Source: a virus
Lineage: Duplodnaviria > Caudoviricetes
Virus record (IMG/VR): IMGVR_UViG_638276472_000001
Location: 1 to 64,000 of that record
Reading direction: 5' to 3' (one strand)
Length of the DNA stretch: 64,000 bases
The notes under the pieces were generated by a model. The model was not told the DNA's origin. It ran no database searches and saw nothing but the letters and a program-made list of their open reading frames with translations. The position numbers were made by a program, and so were the translations under genes. Positions 1 to 8,103 of this stretch are shown piece by piece. Positions within the stretch are counted from its first letter, which is position 1; every line of letters begins with the position of its first letter.

Positions 1-10
1 CCACTGCAAC
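1..10. other. probable left genome terminus / cos sequence (CCACTGCAAC)
   Basis: Window starts in noncoding DNA downstream of a leftward operon; matches my recollection of the Wildcat 3' overhang (ACCACTGCAAC); terminase plus HNH is consistent with cos packaging. Confidence 0.55.
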
Positions 11-57
11 AGCGCTTCATCCCCCTAGGTAGTTTTGGGGGTTGCGAAGATTTTCAT

Positions 58-273
58 TTATTGCGTTTGACCTGCGTAAATAATCCGCTGGGCATGTTCG
101 ATCCAGCGTTCACCTGATTGCATGGGGTAGGTCTTGTAGTAGCCGATGAATTCGCCGCGTGCGATCTTCATGAGCATGTCACGCCCGACTTGTGACACAA
201 CATATGGGGTTTCGATTTCCAGCCATTCCACGATTTCTTCGGCGGTCGGGGTTTTGTGCTGGTCAGCAGGCAT
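58..273 (-). CDS. hypothetical protein
   Basis: 71 aa ORF at end of tightly packed leftward operon. Confidence 0.7.
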   Translation of the reverse strand: MPADQHKTPTAEEIVEWLEIETPYVVSQVGRDMLMKIARGEFIGYYKTYPMQSGERWIEHAQRIIYAGQTQ

Positions 274-274
274 G

Positions 275-484
275 TCACACCTCGATTACTTGGGGGATTC
301 CGCGCCACCGCATGCACTGGCAACGCTCTCCGCTGTTCTTGTGTCTGAAATGGCACCGCCACCCAACCCCTTTGTCGGGTGAGTGGCAGCTTCGTCCGTG
401 TCCGCAGTTCTCGCAGAGGGGCCATTTGAGCCTACTGCCGTCTGGGATCTCTATTCGTTTGTTGCCGACGCGGATGGTGATCAT
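275..484 (-). CDS. small Cys/His-rich putative zinc-binding protein
   Basis: CENCGH...CH...CHF...CQC; ATGA overlap with upstream gene. Confidence 0.7.
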   Translation of the reverse strand: MITIRVGNKRIEIPDGSRLKWPLCENCGHGRSCHSPDKGVGWRCHFRHKNSGERCQCMRWRGIPQVIEV

Positions 485-693
485 AGGTGGCCTGGGTATC
501 TTGTGGTGCCGACTAGATTGCCGTCGTCGTCATAGTGGTAGTAGGTCGTCGGGCACAAGCTGAAGTCATAGTCCCAGCGTCCGTACCAGCCGATACGACG
601 ACAGAATCCGATTGGCTGCCACTCGACTATCCCCAGCGTTCTTCGATTGTCGGACAAGCGGTGTTTGCCGTGGTAGCGTTTGCAGAGCCACAT
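481..693 (-). CDS. hypothetical protein
   Basis: 70 aa ORF with AGGA SD and 4-bp overlap. Confidence 0.65.
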   Translation of the reverse strand: MWLCKRYHGKHRLSDNRRTLGIVEWQPIGFCRRIGWYGRWDYDFSLCPTTYYHYDDDGNLVGTTRYPGHL

Positions 694-744
694 TTTTGTG
701 TTGTCCTGTCACCAATAGTCGGGTTTGGGGATTCTTGAACGGAT

Positions 745-861
745 TCATGCGAGTGTCCCAATCAGTGCGATGGCCAGTAGTAGGACGACGAACAGTGCGA
801 GGGTCTTGGTGGCGAACCAGACGATCTCCATGAAGCATCTCATGATCTTCTCGCGGCTCAT
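745..861 (-). CDS. small single-TM membrane peptide (38 aa, below ORF-track cutoff)
   Basis: MSREKIMRCFMEIVWFATKTLALFVVLLLAIALIGTLA; ATGA overlap with upstream gene. Confidence 0.6.
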   Translation of the reverse strand: MSREKIMRCFMEIVWFATKTLALFVVLLLAIALIGTLA

Positions 862-1058
862 GCGAGTTTCCCGTCCTTGTTGGTTACCGCGTCTGGCACC
901 TCCCGCATCGTTGCCTGGTCCCATAGAACTCTGGCTTCACGGATGAGTTCGACTGTGCGGCATGGCCAGGGTTTCCCGCATTCCCGGCAGGTGAAGGGAA
1001 CGGAGAACGACCTGCTGTGGATTATGCGCATTTGGTGGAGTACCGGGTTGTAGGTCAT
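858..1058 (-). CDS. hypothetical protein with CxxC...WPC motif
   Basis: MTYNPVLH...CRECGKPWPC; start chosen at ATGA overlap. Confidence 0.7.
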   Translation of the reverse strand: MTYNPVLHQMRIIHSRSFSVPFTCRECGKPWPCRTVELIREARVLWDQATMREVPDAVTNKDGKLA

Positions 1059-1255
1059 GCGTACTCGATTCCTCTTCTGGTGGCGGCGTGGAGGTGGCCC
1101 CAATGCCATCTGGTCTTGTCGTAGAGGCATCGGTAGACGCTGGCGTGGCCCGAGTGGCGGGGGTGGACTCGGCTGGCTGATAGACGCGCCTCTTTGCGGC
1201 TTTCGTAGGATCGTTTGCCGCAGTAGGGGCATGTGGTGTAGGGGATTGGTTTCAT
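1055..1255 (-). CDS. small zinc-finger-like protein
   Basis: CPYCGKRSY...YRC...WHWGH motif common in actinophages. Confidence 0.75.
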   Translation of the reverse strand: MKPIPYTTCPYCGKRSYESRKEARLSASRVHPRHSGHASVYRCLYDKTRWHWGHLHAATRRGIEYA

Positions 1256-1271
1256 GCGATCACCAACTCGC

Positions 1272-1547
1272 TCACATCCTGTCCATCACTGGCCCGTGGG
1301 CGATCTCGCAGTAGACACAGGCGCAGTCTGGAGAGTGGGCAGGGTTGAGCTGTTTGTTGCACTCGTCAATAGTCTTGAGCGCAGATTCCATTGTCTTGGA
1401 CAGGTTTTGATCGTTAGCCCTGGCGACCAACGCCTTCTGCTCTTGTGCCAGTTGGTATTTCGCGCGGGCCTTGTTAAAGAGGTAGGCACCCTCCCACCCG
1501 GCGAGAAAGGCCGCGAGCACCACGAAGATGGCGACGAGTTCGAACAC
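1272..1547 (-). CDS. membrane-anchored coiled-coil protein
   Basis: N-terminal hydrophobic helix, helical middle, HxxxCxCxxC tail; start uncertain (1547 or 1574). Confidence 0.65.
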   Translation of the reverse strand: MFELVAIFVVLAAFLAGWEGAYLFNKARAKYQLAQEQKALVARANDQNLSKTMESALKTIDECNKQLNPAHSPDCACVYCEIAHGPVMDRM

Positions 1548-2752
1548 TAGAGTGCCCTCCACTCTTTCAGCCATTCAAGCTCTTCTCCCTTGCCGAAGAA
1601 CCGCCCCTCGCGGAAGATGCGTTCCTGAATCTGCTTGAGGCAGACGCCAACTTCCCGACCCTCTGCGATGCCCAGGGCCGCGATTACGTCCTCACCGGAC
1701 GACTGGGGGACGTAACGATGCCACGCAGCAGAGGCCCCGCCCACGCTTTCCGCGAGCCAGTATCGCCGCGCCCCGGTTGTGTGGTAGGCCAGGTGCTCGA
1801 CGGCGAGTAAGTCATCCTTGGCTTCTACTTTGAAGCGCCGAACCTTGCTGGGTGACCAGGTGTCTTGAATCTCGTGAGCGTGGAAGATTTCCAGCAGCCT
1901 GAGCAGTCGGGGGACGCGGGTGAAGGTGCGCTTGTCAACCTTGAGCCGCTTCAGCGCCTTCTCTGCCTGTCGCCATGGGGTTGTGAAAAGCCATACAGCC
2001 CAACGGATGTCGAGGTCAGCATCCACGGTGTTCAGGATTGGCGTTGCTGCCGATTCCGGCAGGAGGATCTGCGCAATCCCCGTAGATTCCAGCAGGATCG
2101 CGCCCTTGAACGGCTGGGGTGCCAGCAGCATCTTCTCCAGCTCTGCGACGATGCGCTCCGATGCGACGTTGCGAATATGCGGCGCGCAGGATTCCATGCC
2201 TTCCCACGTCTCTGTGGCCACCGAGAAATCGGGTAGCTGAGCTTGGAAACGCGCCGCGCGGATCAGGCGAAGGGGATCGTCCGTGAACGACTTGATCGGA
2301 TTGATGGGGGTGCGGAGGATTCTCCGGTTGATGTCGGAGAACGCCTGGGCGCGACCCGTCCACGTCACGTGTCCATCGGGGTCGATATGCTGCGCGATGG
2401 CATTGATGGTGAAATCCCTACGCAGCAGATCGTTTTCGATATGACTGCCCCACTGGACTTTCGGGTGCCGGTCACCCTGTGTGTAGTCCTCCGCTGCACG
2501 GAAGGTGGTCACCTGCACCTCCATGTCGCCCTTCTTGGCGCACACGGTGCCGAAGCGAACACCAGGGTCCCAGAATTCTTCCCCCCACTTGCGGAGGATG
2601 TCCGACGAGACTTCCGGTGGTGCGTCGGTGGCGATGTCGATGTCCTGGGATTCCCTGCCCAGCAACATATCTCGCACGGTGCCGCCCACCAGGTAGATCT
2701 TGTGCGGCGCGAAAAGCTTTGCCAATTCACACAATTCGAAGTAGTGGTTCAC
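1547..2752 (-). CDS. cca: CCA-adding tRNA nucleotidyltransferase (class II)
   Basis: VGGTVRD, DIDIAT, RRDFTINA, DDPLRLIRAARF motifs of the PolyA_pol/CCA family. Confidence 0.93.
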   Translation of the reverse strand: MNHYFELCELAKLFAPHKIYLVGGTVRDMLLGRESQDIDIATDAPPEVSSDILRKWGEEFWDPGVRFGTVCAKKGDMEVQVTTFRAAEDYTQGDRHPKVQWGSHIENDLLRRDFTINAIAQHIDPDGHVTWTGRAQAFSDINRRILRTPINPIKSFTDDPLRLIRAARFQAQLPDFSVATETWEGMESCAPHIRNVASERIVAELEKMLLAPQPFKGAILLESTGIAQILLPESAATPILNTVDADLDIRWAVWLFTTPWRQAEKALKRLKVDKRTFTRVPRLLRLLEIFHAHEIQDTWSPSKVRRFKVEAKDDLLAVEHLAYHTTGARRYWLAESVGGASAAWHRYVPQSSGEDVIAALGIAEGREVGVCLKQIQERIFREGRFFGKGEELEWLKEWRAL

Positions 2753-3252
2753 TGGGGGCCTCCGACCTTGTACATAACCTCAGGGTTATAATGTTGTGAC
2801 TTGTATTCGGCGATCTGCTTGTTCGCCCACCCGGCGATGGGTGCAGTGATGTTGTCGCGGAAGGTTTCCAGCCGACGTACCTTGCCGCGATACGCGTACA
2901 GCTCGCGGTAGTAGTGCCCGTCGATGACGATCAGATCCTTGGATGTCACCGACTTGGCTGTGACCATCGCGTCGTTGTCAAACCAGCGCACTCGCAGGTG
3001 GGGGTGCTTTTCGTCACCTCTTGGTTCGATGGAGATTTCGAACCTAGTACCAGGCGGGGGTGTGGGTAGCGCGTCGTACATGGCTTTCACCACGGGGACG
3101 GGGTGGTCGAACCTCTCCCCCTCGTTCACGTTGAGCGCCCTGTATTCTCTGTAGTCTCGGTACTTCACCCGCAGTGCGATGCCCACGAGGGAGATAATCG
3201 AAAAGGCGATGAGACCAACCAAGATCCAGACGAAGATCTCTTCCCCGCTCAT
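2749..3252 (-). CDS. membrane-anchored hypothetical protein
   Basis: N-terminal TM helix; 4-bp overlap. Confidence 0.75.
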   Translation of the reverse strand: MSGEEIFVWILVGLIAFSIISLVGIALRVKYRDYREYRALNVNEGERFDHPVPVVKAMYDALPTPPPGTRFEISIEPRGDEKHPHLRVRWFDNDAMVTAKSVTSKDLIVIDGHYYRELYAYRGKVRRLETFRDNITAPIAGWANKQIAEYKSQHYNPEVMYKVGGPQ

Positions 3253-3486
3253 CTAGAACCTCAATTCGTATGTGCCACGGTCGGTTTCGATTTCACACCA
3301 GTATTCGCCCAAGAGGCTGGGCTGGCGGAATTCCGCGTCAATCCCTATGTGCCGCAACTCAGCACACTTGTTCACGGACTTGTTTGCGTCGATGATTGTC
3401 AGGACGAGTGCGCCACCGGCGAACATGGTCAAGAGGCCCAGGATGAACGCCACGACCCCGATGATGTCTTTTGCGCGTTGGCTCAT
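3253..3486 (-). CDS. small membrane protein
   Basis: MSQRAKDIIGVVAFILGLL...; ATGA overlap with methyltransferase stop. Confidence 0.7.
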   Translation of the reverse strand: MSQRAKDIIGVVAFILGLLTMFAGGALVLTIIDANKSVNKCAELRHIGIDAEFRQPSLLGEYWCEIETDRGTYELRF

Positions 3487-4130
3487 GATTTCTTCCCGAT
3501 GAAGCAGATGCCCGGGTAGAAGTGGACAAATGCGATGTCCGTGTAAAGCGGCTGGAACCGGTCGTATCCGTGGATGTTCCAATTCACGTCGTCTGCAAGC
3601 CTTTTCAGGAAGGCCATGGTGGTCTTGGGTCGGCTGGCACCGAGACCCGACAGGTAGCAGTCCCGTTCCGGTTCCGCAGCGCTGGCCATGCCGTAGTAGT
3701 CCACGTCGTACGAGCAGTGGGTGTCTTCCACGACGTACAGCCCACCCGGCATCACCAGCGGCCACCAAATGTCGAACGACGCGATGGTCTTCTGACTGAT
3801 GTGAGAGGCGTCATCAATGATCACGTCCATGTACGGGTACCACTGAACCGCTTCAGGGTCGGCCTGGTCCCACTCGCTGAAATAGAATCTAGGGTCACAC
3901 GCCAGTGTGGGGTCCATGCGGCTGAAGTCGATGTCAATCCCGAAGATTTGGGCTTCGCGGTGACGGAAGTACTTGAGCCACATCTTTATTGACTCTCCCT
4001 TGTACACCCCCAGCTCCAAGAGATTCACGGGATGATCAGGTCCCGGCAGGTAGCGCTCATACCACAGCATGAAACCCTGGTGTGCGCCCTTGTCTGTGCC
4101 GCACATGTCGGCAAGTTCAGGCAGGTTCAT
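3483..4130 (-). CDS. class I SAM-dependent O-methyltransferase
   Basis: LLELGVYKGES, GIDID, DVIIDDASH, PGGLYVVED motifs (Methyltransf_24 / MycE-like sugar O-methyltransferases). Confidence 0.88.
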   Translation of the reverse strand: MNLPELADMCGTDKGAHQGFMLWYERYLPGPDHPVNLLELGVYKGESIKMWLKYFRHREAQIFGIDIDFSRMDPTLACDPRFYFSEWDQADPEAVQWYPYMDVIIDDASHISQKTIASFDIWWPLVMPGGLYVVEDTHCSYDVDYYGMASAAEPERDCYLSGLGASRPKTTMAFLKRLADDVNWNIHGYDRFQPLYTDIAFVHFYPGICFIGKKS

Positions 4131-4363
4131 GATCCCTCCCATGCTTGTGCTCGCGCCTTGGCCCCATCCAGGGTGAGGGTCCGGTTGTTTTTGACCATCT
4201 CCCCATTGGCGTTGAACTGCTTCACAGCCCACCATCCGTCACTGAAAGTGATTGCGTAGCTTGATGACTCGCCATCCGCAAGGTAATCGTACCTAGATTC
4301 GGGAATAAGTGCCTGCGTGGTCAAGTCACCAAGATACATCCGTCTAGCCCAAGTCAGTTTCAC
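4127..4363 (-). CDS. hypothetical protein
   Basis: 78 aa, 4-bp overlaps both sides. Confidence 0.7.
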   Translation of the reverse strand: MKLTWARRMYLGDLTTQALIPESRYDYLADGESSSYAITFSDGWWAVKQFNANGEMVKNNRTLTLDGAKARAQAWEGS

Positions 4364-4593
4364 AGCGTCACCCTTACTGATCGCGCAATCCCCGGCGTAA
4401 AGGTGATGCGCCCCAACGCTTTCAGCTTGTCAAGGTGGTGCTTGGTGGTGGCCGGTGAGTTCAGCCCCACACCCTTGGTGATGTCCCGCACGGAAGGTGC
4501 GAAACCGTTTGAGGCCCAGTACTTCTCGATAAATACCAGGATGTCGGTGTGGCGGGCTTCCGACAACATATCCACTGAGCTTTTGGCGCTCAT
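4360..4593 (-). CDS. LexA-type DNA-binding domain protein (no peptidase domain)
   Basis: ILVFIEKYWASNGFAPSVRDI..GVGLNSPATTKHHLDKL..LGRI...PGIARS matches the LexA winged-helix N-domain. Confidence 0.88.
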   Translation of the reverse strand: MSAKSSVDMLSEARHTDILVFIEKYWASNGFAPSVRDITKGVGLNSPATTKHHLDKLKALGRITFTPGIARSVRVTL

Positions 4594-4805
4594 ATGTCAA
4601 CACTCCATCTCTTGGTCCGTTCGGACTCGTCGTGCTTACTGGTCGCCAGGGAGATTACCCTGTGCGCCTTGCGTAGGTGGTCGTGCAGCTCCCGGTGCTC
4701 CCGGTCGGGGATTTCGCCCTTCAACTGGTCAAGGAGCATGAGGCAGTGTTCGATCTGATGCTCAAGCCTGCGGAGACCAAACCAGGCGGAACGTCGCCGT
4801 CGCAT
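4590..4805 (-). CDS. hypothetical protein
   Basis: 71 aa, GGAGG SD, overlap with LexA-like start. Confidence 0.65.
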   Translation of the reverse strand: MRRRRSAWFGLRRLEHQIEHCLMLLDQLKGEIPDREHRELHDHLRKAHRVISLATSKHDESERTKRWSVDI

Positions 4806-5035
4806 ACATCCTCCCCCCAGTAGTCGGGAACATCGGCGGGGGATTCGTCCCAGTTATGGAGGTACCGCTCACCACCGATGGTGGCTTCGCCCCAGCCGGT
4901 AGGGGTCCAGCGCGCCCCATCAACGGTGACCACCAGATCATCCTTGAGTTCGAAGAACGGATTGGAGTAGCAGCCGCGCTCCTGAATGGTGAGCTGCGTG
5001 TCGATGTGTTGATCCACCCAGTCCCAGTCAGTCAT
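4721..5035 (-). CDS. hypothetical protein
   Basis: 104 aa acidic/Trp-rich; 85-bp overlap with next gene. Confidence 0.6.
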   Translation of the reverse strand: MTDWDWVDQHIDTQLTIQERGCYSNPFFELKDDLVVTVDGARWTPTGWGEATIGGERYLHNWDESPADVPDYWGEDVCDGDVPPGLVSAGLSIRSNTASCSLTS

Positions 5036-5177
5036 CGAGAAGTCCTAGCATGTCGAGGATTTGGGCCACTTCTTCCTTGGGGACGTTGAGCGCCACCGCA
5101 TTTCGAGCTTTGCGCACCGTCTCCGTGTCAGGGGCCTGAGTCATGGGGATCTTAGTGAGAAGACGATCAGCGCTCAT
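5028..5177 (-). CDS. hypothetical protein (49 aa)
   Basis: MSADRLLTKIPMTQAPD...ILDMLGLLDD fills the gap with overlaps on both sides. Confidence 0.6.
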   Translation of the reverse strand: MSADRLLTKIPMTQAPDTETVRKARNAVALNVPKEEVAQILDMLGLLDD

Positions 5178-5506
5178 GCGCCCACCTTCTTGGCATACTC
5201 GGCGCAGAAGAAGTCAATGGAGGCCGCGACGAACGAATCCACTTCGTACGGCGTCCATGTGGGGTTCTGGGACTGGAGTGCCATGTAGAGGTCGAGTTCA
5301 CCGAATCCGAGGTCCAGCGAGTTGCACACCCAGATGCCATAGCTCGACAAAGTCTGTTCTGCCCGTGGGTCATCCGAGATGGTGAAGCCGTAGGACTCCA
5401 GGGTGTCGAGAAAGGTTCCGTAGGCCCGCGCTTCGGGAATGGCCCAGAAGAGACCGAACATGATGGCGGATGACACAGTGAATGCGATGAGGCATTTTTT
5501 GATCAT
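5174..5506 (-). CDS. secreted DUF732-like protein
   Basis: Signal peptide ending ARA; FLDTL..G..VC..L..G...FVAASIDFFC; start defined by leaderless promoter. Confidence 0.8.
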   Translation of the reverse strand: MIKKCLIAFTVSSAIMFGLFWAIPEARAYGTFLDTLESYGFTISDDPRAEQTLSSYGIWVCNSLDLGFGELDLYMALQSQNPTWTPYEVDSFVAASIDFFCAEYAKKVGA

Positions 5507-5534
5507 GTAGCCATCGTACATCTGTTCAGTTTTC
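5507..5534 (-). promoter_or_regulatory. GAAAA-box promoter (GAAAACTGAA-N6-TACGAT-N6-ATG)
   Basis: Repeated motif with fixed spacing. Confidence 0.75.
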
Positions 5535-5537
5535 GGC

Positions 5538-5840
5538 TTATCGTCGCAGGTCAGGCGGCGTGTCGCCAGGCAGGAACGGTGCCCTTGTGACCAGGTACAG
5601 CGTGGGCGATTCAGGGAAGCTCGGAGCCAGCGATGTCCAGCACTGACGGAACATTTCCATGCCATGCGGAACACCAGGGTCCTGGAGGATGATCACATGC
5701 GGATCAATGATGAGACCGCGTGCGCCACCTTGCCGAATCGACCGAGGTGAGGTGACGTACCAAAACCTCAACCTTAATTCAGCTTTAAGTTGGTCGCCGA
5801 ATTGTAGTGTGGGAGAAAGGATTAGGCCTGGGCAACTCAT
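5538..5840 (-). CDS. hypothetical protein
   Basis: 100 aa ORF in leftward operon. Confidence 0.55.
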   Translation of the reverse strand: MSCPGLILSPTLQFGDQLKAELRLRFWYVTSPRSIRQGGARGLIIDPHVIILQDPGVPHGMEMFRQCWTSLAPSFPESPTLYLVTRAPFLPGDTPPDLRR

Positions 5841-5895
5841 TTTACACGGTGTCCTGGTTGTATGATAGACTGTAGTTGTAACTTGTATCTGGCAT

Positions 5896-6051
5896 TCAGC
5901 TCACCATGCCAGACCGACTGAGATCCATTGCCAGAAGCTCGATTTCAGCAATCTTCAGATCTTGCCAGTCATAGAAGGCTCCGACCGATCGGTAGAGCCT
6001 CATCCACTTGACTCGGTAGTACGCTTCTCGCCTCCGTTGCTCGTGGCTCAC
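5896..6051 (-). CDS. hypothetical protein (51 aa)
   Basis: GTG start overlapping upstream TGA; fills gap. Confidence 0.55.
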   Translation of the reverse strand: MSHEQRRREAYYRVKWMRLYRSVGAFYDWQDLKIAEIELLAMDLSRSGMVS

Positions 6052-6302
6052 AGCCACGGCTCCATCCGCTCAGCCTTCGCCTTCGCGGCTTCCACCGTTT
6101 CATAAGGCCCGCCAACGATTTTCAGCGGAGCGTCGCCCACCTTGCGCGCGACCATCCAGTGCGGCTTGTCACCCAGCGGACGCTTCCCCCTCCCCAGCTC
6201 TTTCACCGTAAGCTGGTGCAGCACATACGAGGCGTGCTCGCCGACGCCAAGGTGATTGCCGGTGTGAAGGTCGAACCTCCAGCGAATCTTGGTAGGGGTC
6301 AT
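6048..6302 (-). CDS. hypothetical protein
   Basis: MTPTKIRW...GGPYETVEAAKAKAE; ATGA overlap. Confidence 0.7.
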   Translation of the reverse strand: MTPTKIRWRFDLHTGNHLGVGEHASYVLHQLTVKELGRGKRPLGDKPHWMVARKVGDAPLKIVGGPYETVEAAKAKAERMEPWL

Positions 6303-6562
6303 AGCAAATCCTTCACCCATCCCTTGGCTTCCAGGTAGGTCTCCAAATGCGCGAGCAGACCGTAAGCGCGGTGAACAACCCCCCGCTTCCATCCCGCTGC
6401 GGTGGCGGCGTAGGAATCCTGACGGTACTCCGAGACGAAAAGCGTGTTTGCCGACCCGTGGTGGATGATGGCGATCAACGTCCTGTCAGGCTGTACGGAG
6501 ATTTCCCATCGATACCCCTCAGGGAGCTTGGGAAGCTCTGTTGGTACCCATGATCCGTTCAT
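6299..6562 (-). CDS. hypothetical protein
   Basis: LPKLPEGYRWEI; 4-bp overlaps. Confidence 0.7.
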   Translation of the reverse strand: MNGSWVPTELPKLPEGYRWEISVQPDRTLIAIIHHGSANTLFVSEYRQDSYAATAAGWKRGVVHRAYGLLAHLETYLEAKGWVKDLL

Positions 6563-6933
6563 CGCAGCCCCACCATCGACTGGTACTCGGCAAGCCGCTG
6601 AGAACGGCTCTGGGTGACCGGCTGAGACGCGATTGGGTTCCGAATGACCGTTTCACCCCGCGAAAGTTTCCGTGGAGGCTCAGCGACCGGCACAGAAGGC
6701 GATACGGTCTCCAGCTCCACTTGATTGCGTTGAAGATCCACCAGGTTCTCGTCCACGACGGGAGCGTTCTTCAGCTCTTCTTCGATCCACTCGAATGCCT
6801 CGTCCAGGCTGTCGAAGTAGACATCCTCAGGGGCCTCGTACTGCGTCCACGACAGCGGGGGAACGGGGTACCAGACCTTGATGATCGGGTCCCAGTCCAG
6901 TTGCCAGTGGTTGACAGGATCGCTTGTAGCCAT
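6559..6933 (-). CDS. hypothetical protein
   Basis: AAGGAAGG SD before MATSDPV. Confidence 0.7.
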   Translation of the reverse strand: MATSDPVNHWQLDWDPIIKVWYPVPPLSWTQYEAPEDVYFDSLDEAFEWIEEELKNAPVVDENLVDLQRNQVELETVSPSVPVAEPPRKLSRGETVIRNPIASQPVTQSRSQRLAEYQSMVGLR

Positions 6934-6982
6934 CAGATACCTTCCTTGTTGAGCTGATTGACAACGAGCGGTCGCTGGAGTG

Positions 6983-7330
6983 TCATCGGATCTCCTTGGT
7001 GAGTTGGTCTGAAAGTTGCTTGCGATCAACGACAATCGCCGCGCGCAAGTCTTCGCCGACCAGTTCGATGATGGCCTGACTCGGGTTCAGGAATCCCATG
7101 TTGTCGAATTCCCTTGAGACGCGCAGGGTTGCGCCCTTGACCTCTTGTCCGTTGATGGCCATCTCGATGTTGAGTTCCGGTGTGGCGTCAATGGCCTTCA
7201 TTGCGTACTCCACCTTCTCGGTGGGGATGCCGTACTCGTCTGCCAGCGCAGCTGTGTGGGGGTCCACCTTGTAGGTCTTCGGTGCCTTGATCTCTGGCTT
7301 CATGCGAATCACTGTACTGCCCATCAGCAC
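6983..7330 (-). CDS. hypothetical protein, first gene of leftward operon
   Basis: 115 aa; TATAAT -10 element immediately upstream. Confidence 0.7.
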   Translation of the reverse strand: MLMGSTVIRMKPEIKAPKTYKVDPHTAALADEYGIPTEKVEYAMKAIDATPELNIEMAINGQEVKGATLRVSREFDNMGFLNPSQAIIELVGEDLRAAIVVDRKQLSDQLTKEIR

Positions 7331-7335
7331 TCGGG

Positions 7336-7370
7336 ATTATAAGCCACGCTATGTAATTCGCTGATACAAT
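7336..7370. promoter_or_regulatory. back-to-back divergent promoters (leftward TATAAT 7336-7341; rightward TGn-TACAAT 7362-7370)
   Basis: SigA-like -10 hexamers at the strand switch. Confidence 0.6.
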
Positions 7371-7389
7371 TGGGGCAGGGAGGTGGGAT

Positions 7390-7710
7390 ATGTGGGGCAA
7401 GGCGATTGTTCAGCTTCCAGATGGGAGCTATGTCCCCAAGCACAATTTCGCTGAATTAATTGACGCGGATGAATGCAGGGATTTGATCAAGTCGTCGGTC
7501 GCCAACCTCGAATTGGAGCACAAGGCCCTAGAGGAAGCGAAGCTCAATCCCCAGCCCTTGGACGAGGCCACTCGGAAGCTTTTCAATTTTGGCAAGAGTC
7601 CCGTGTTCACCACGGAAGATCTAGCCCGCGCCCGAGTGGTGTATTTCGAGCGGGCACAAGATCGACTATGGCAGTGGTACAGGGAGAAGACCAGTGGAAC
7701 GTCCCGATAA
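7390..7710 (+). CDS. hypothetical protein
   Basis: GGAGGT SD; first gene of structural operon. Confidence 0.75.
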   Translation: MWGKAIVQLPDGSYVPKHNFAELIDADECRDLIKSSVANLELEHKALEEAKLNPQPLDEATRKLFNFGKSPVFTTEDLARARVVYFERAQDRLWQWYREKTSGTSR

Positions 7711-8083
7711 GCTGGGAGAAAAGGGTGCAGCCCTCTGGGACCGCGTGACCGAAGAGTTCGAGTTCGACGCGGCTGGCTACGCCATTCTTGAAGATATTTG
7801 CCGCACCACTGACACGGTGTGGCGTTTGCAGAAGAAGCTTAATTCTCCGCACTGTGAATGGGTGCGGATGACTGAAGACAATGGCTACAAGGGCGAGGGT
7901 GTGAAGATCCTCGTGGTGGTCGATGGAGCGTTGGCGGAAATCCGTCAGCAGAGGCTCGCGCTGCGACAGATGTGGCAGCATTTGGGTCTCGGCAAGGTAA
8001 TCCCGAAGAATGCCGATGAAGGCGAAGTTGACGACCTGTGGTCGCAATTGGCCAAGGTTGAGGGTTTGCCTCAGAATAAGTAA
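7694..8083 (+). CDS. terminase small subunit
   Basis: P..LG.KG..LW..V...L..IC.T.D...ALAEIRQQRLAL; position before TerL. Confidence 0.8.
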   Translation: MERPDKLGEKGAALWDRVTEEFEFDAAGYAILEDICRTTDTVWRLQKKLNSPHCEWVRMTEDNGYKGEGVKILVVVDGALAEIRQQRLALRQMWQHLGLGKVIPKNADEGEVDDLWSQLAKVEGLPQNK

Positions 8084-8103
8084 CTACGAAACTGGGAGTT
8101 TTC

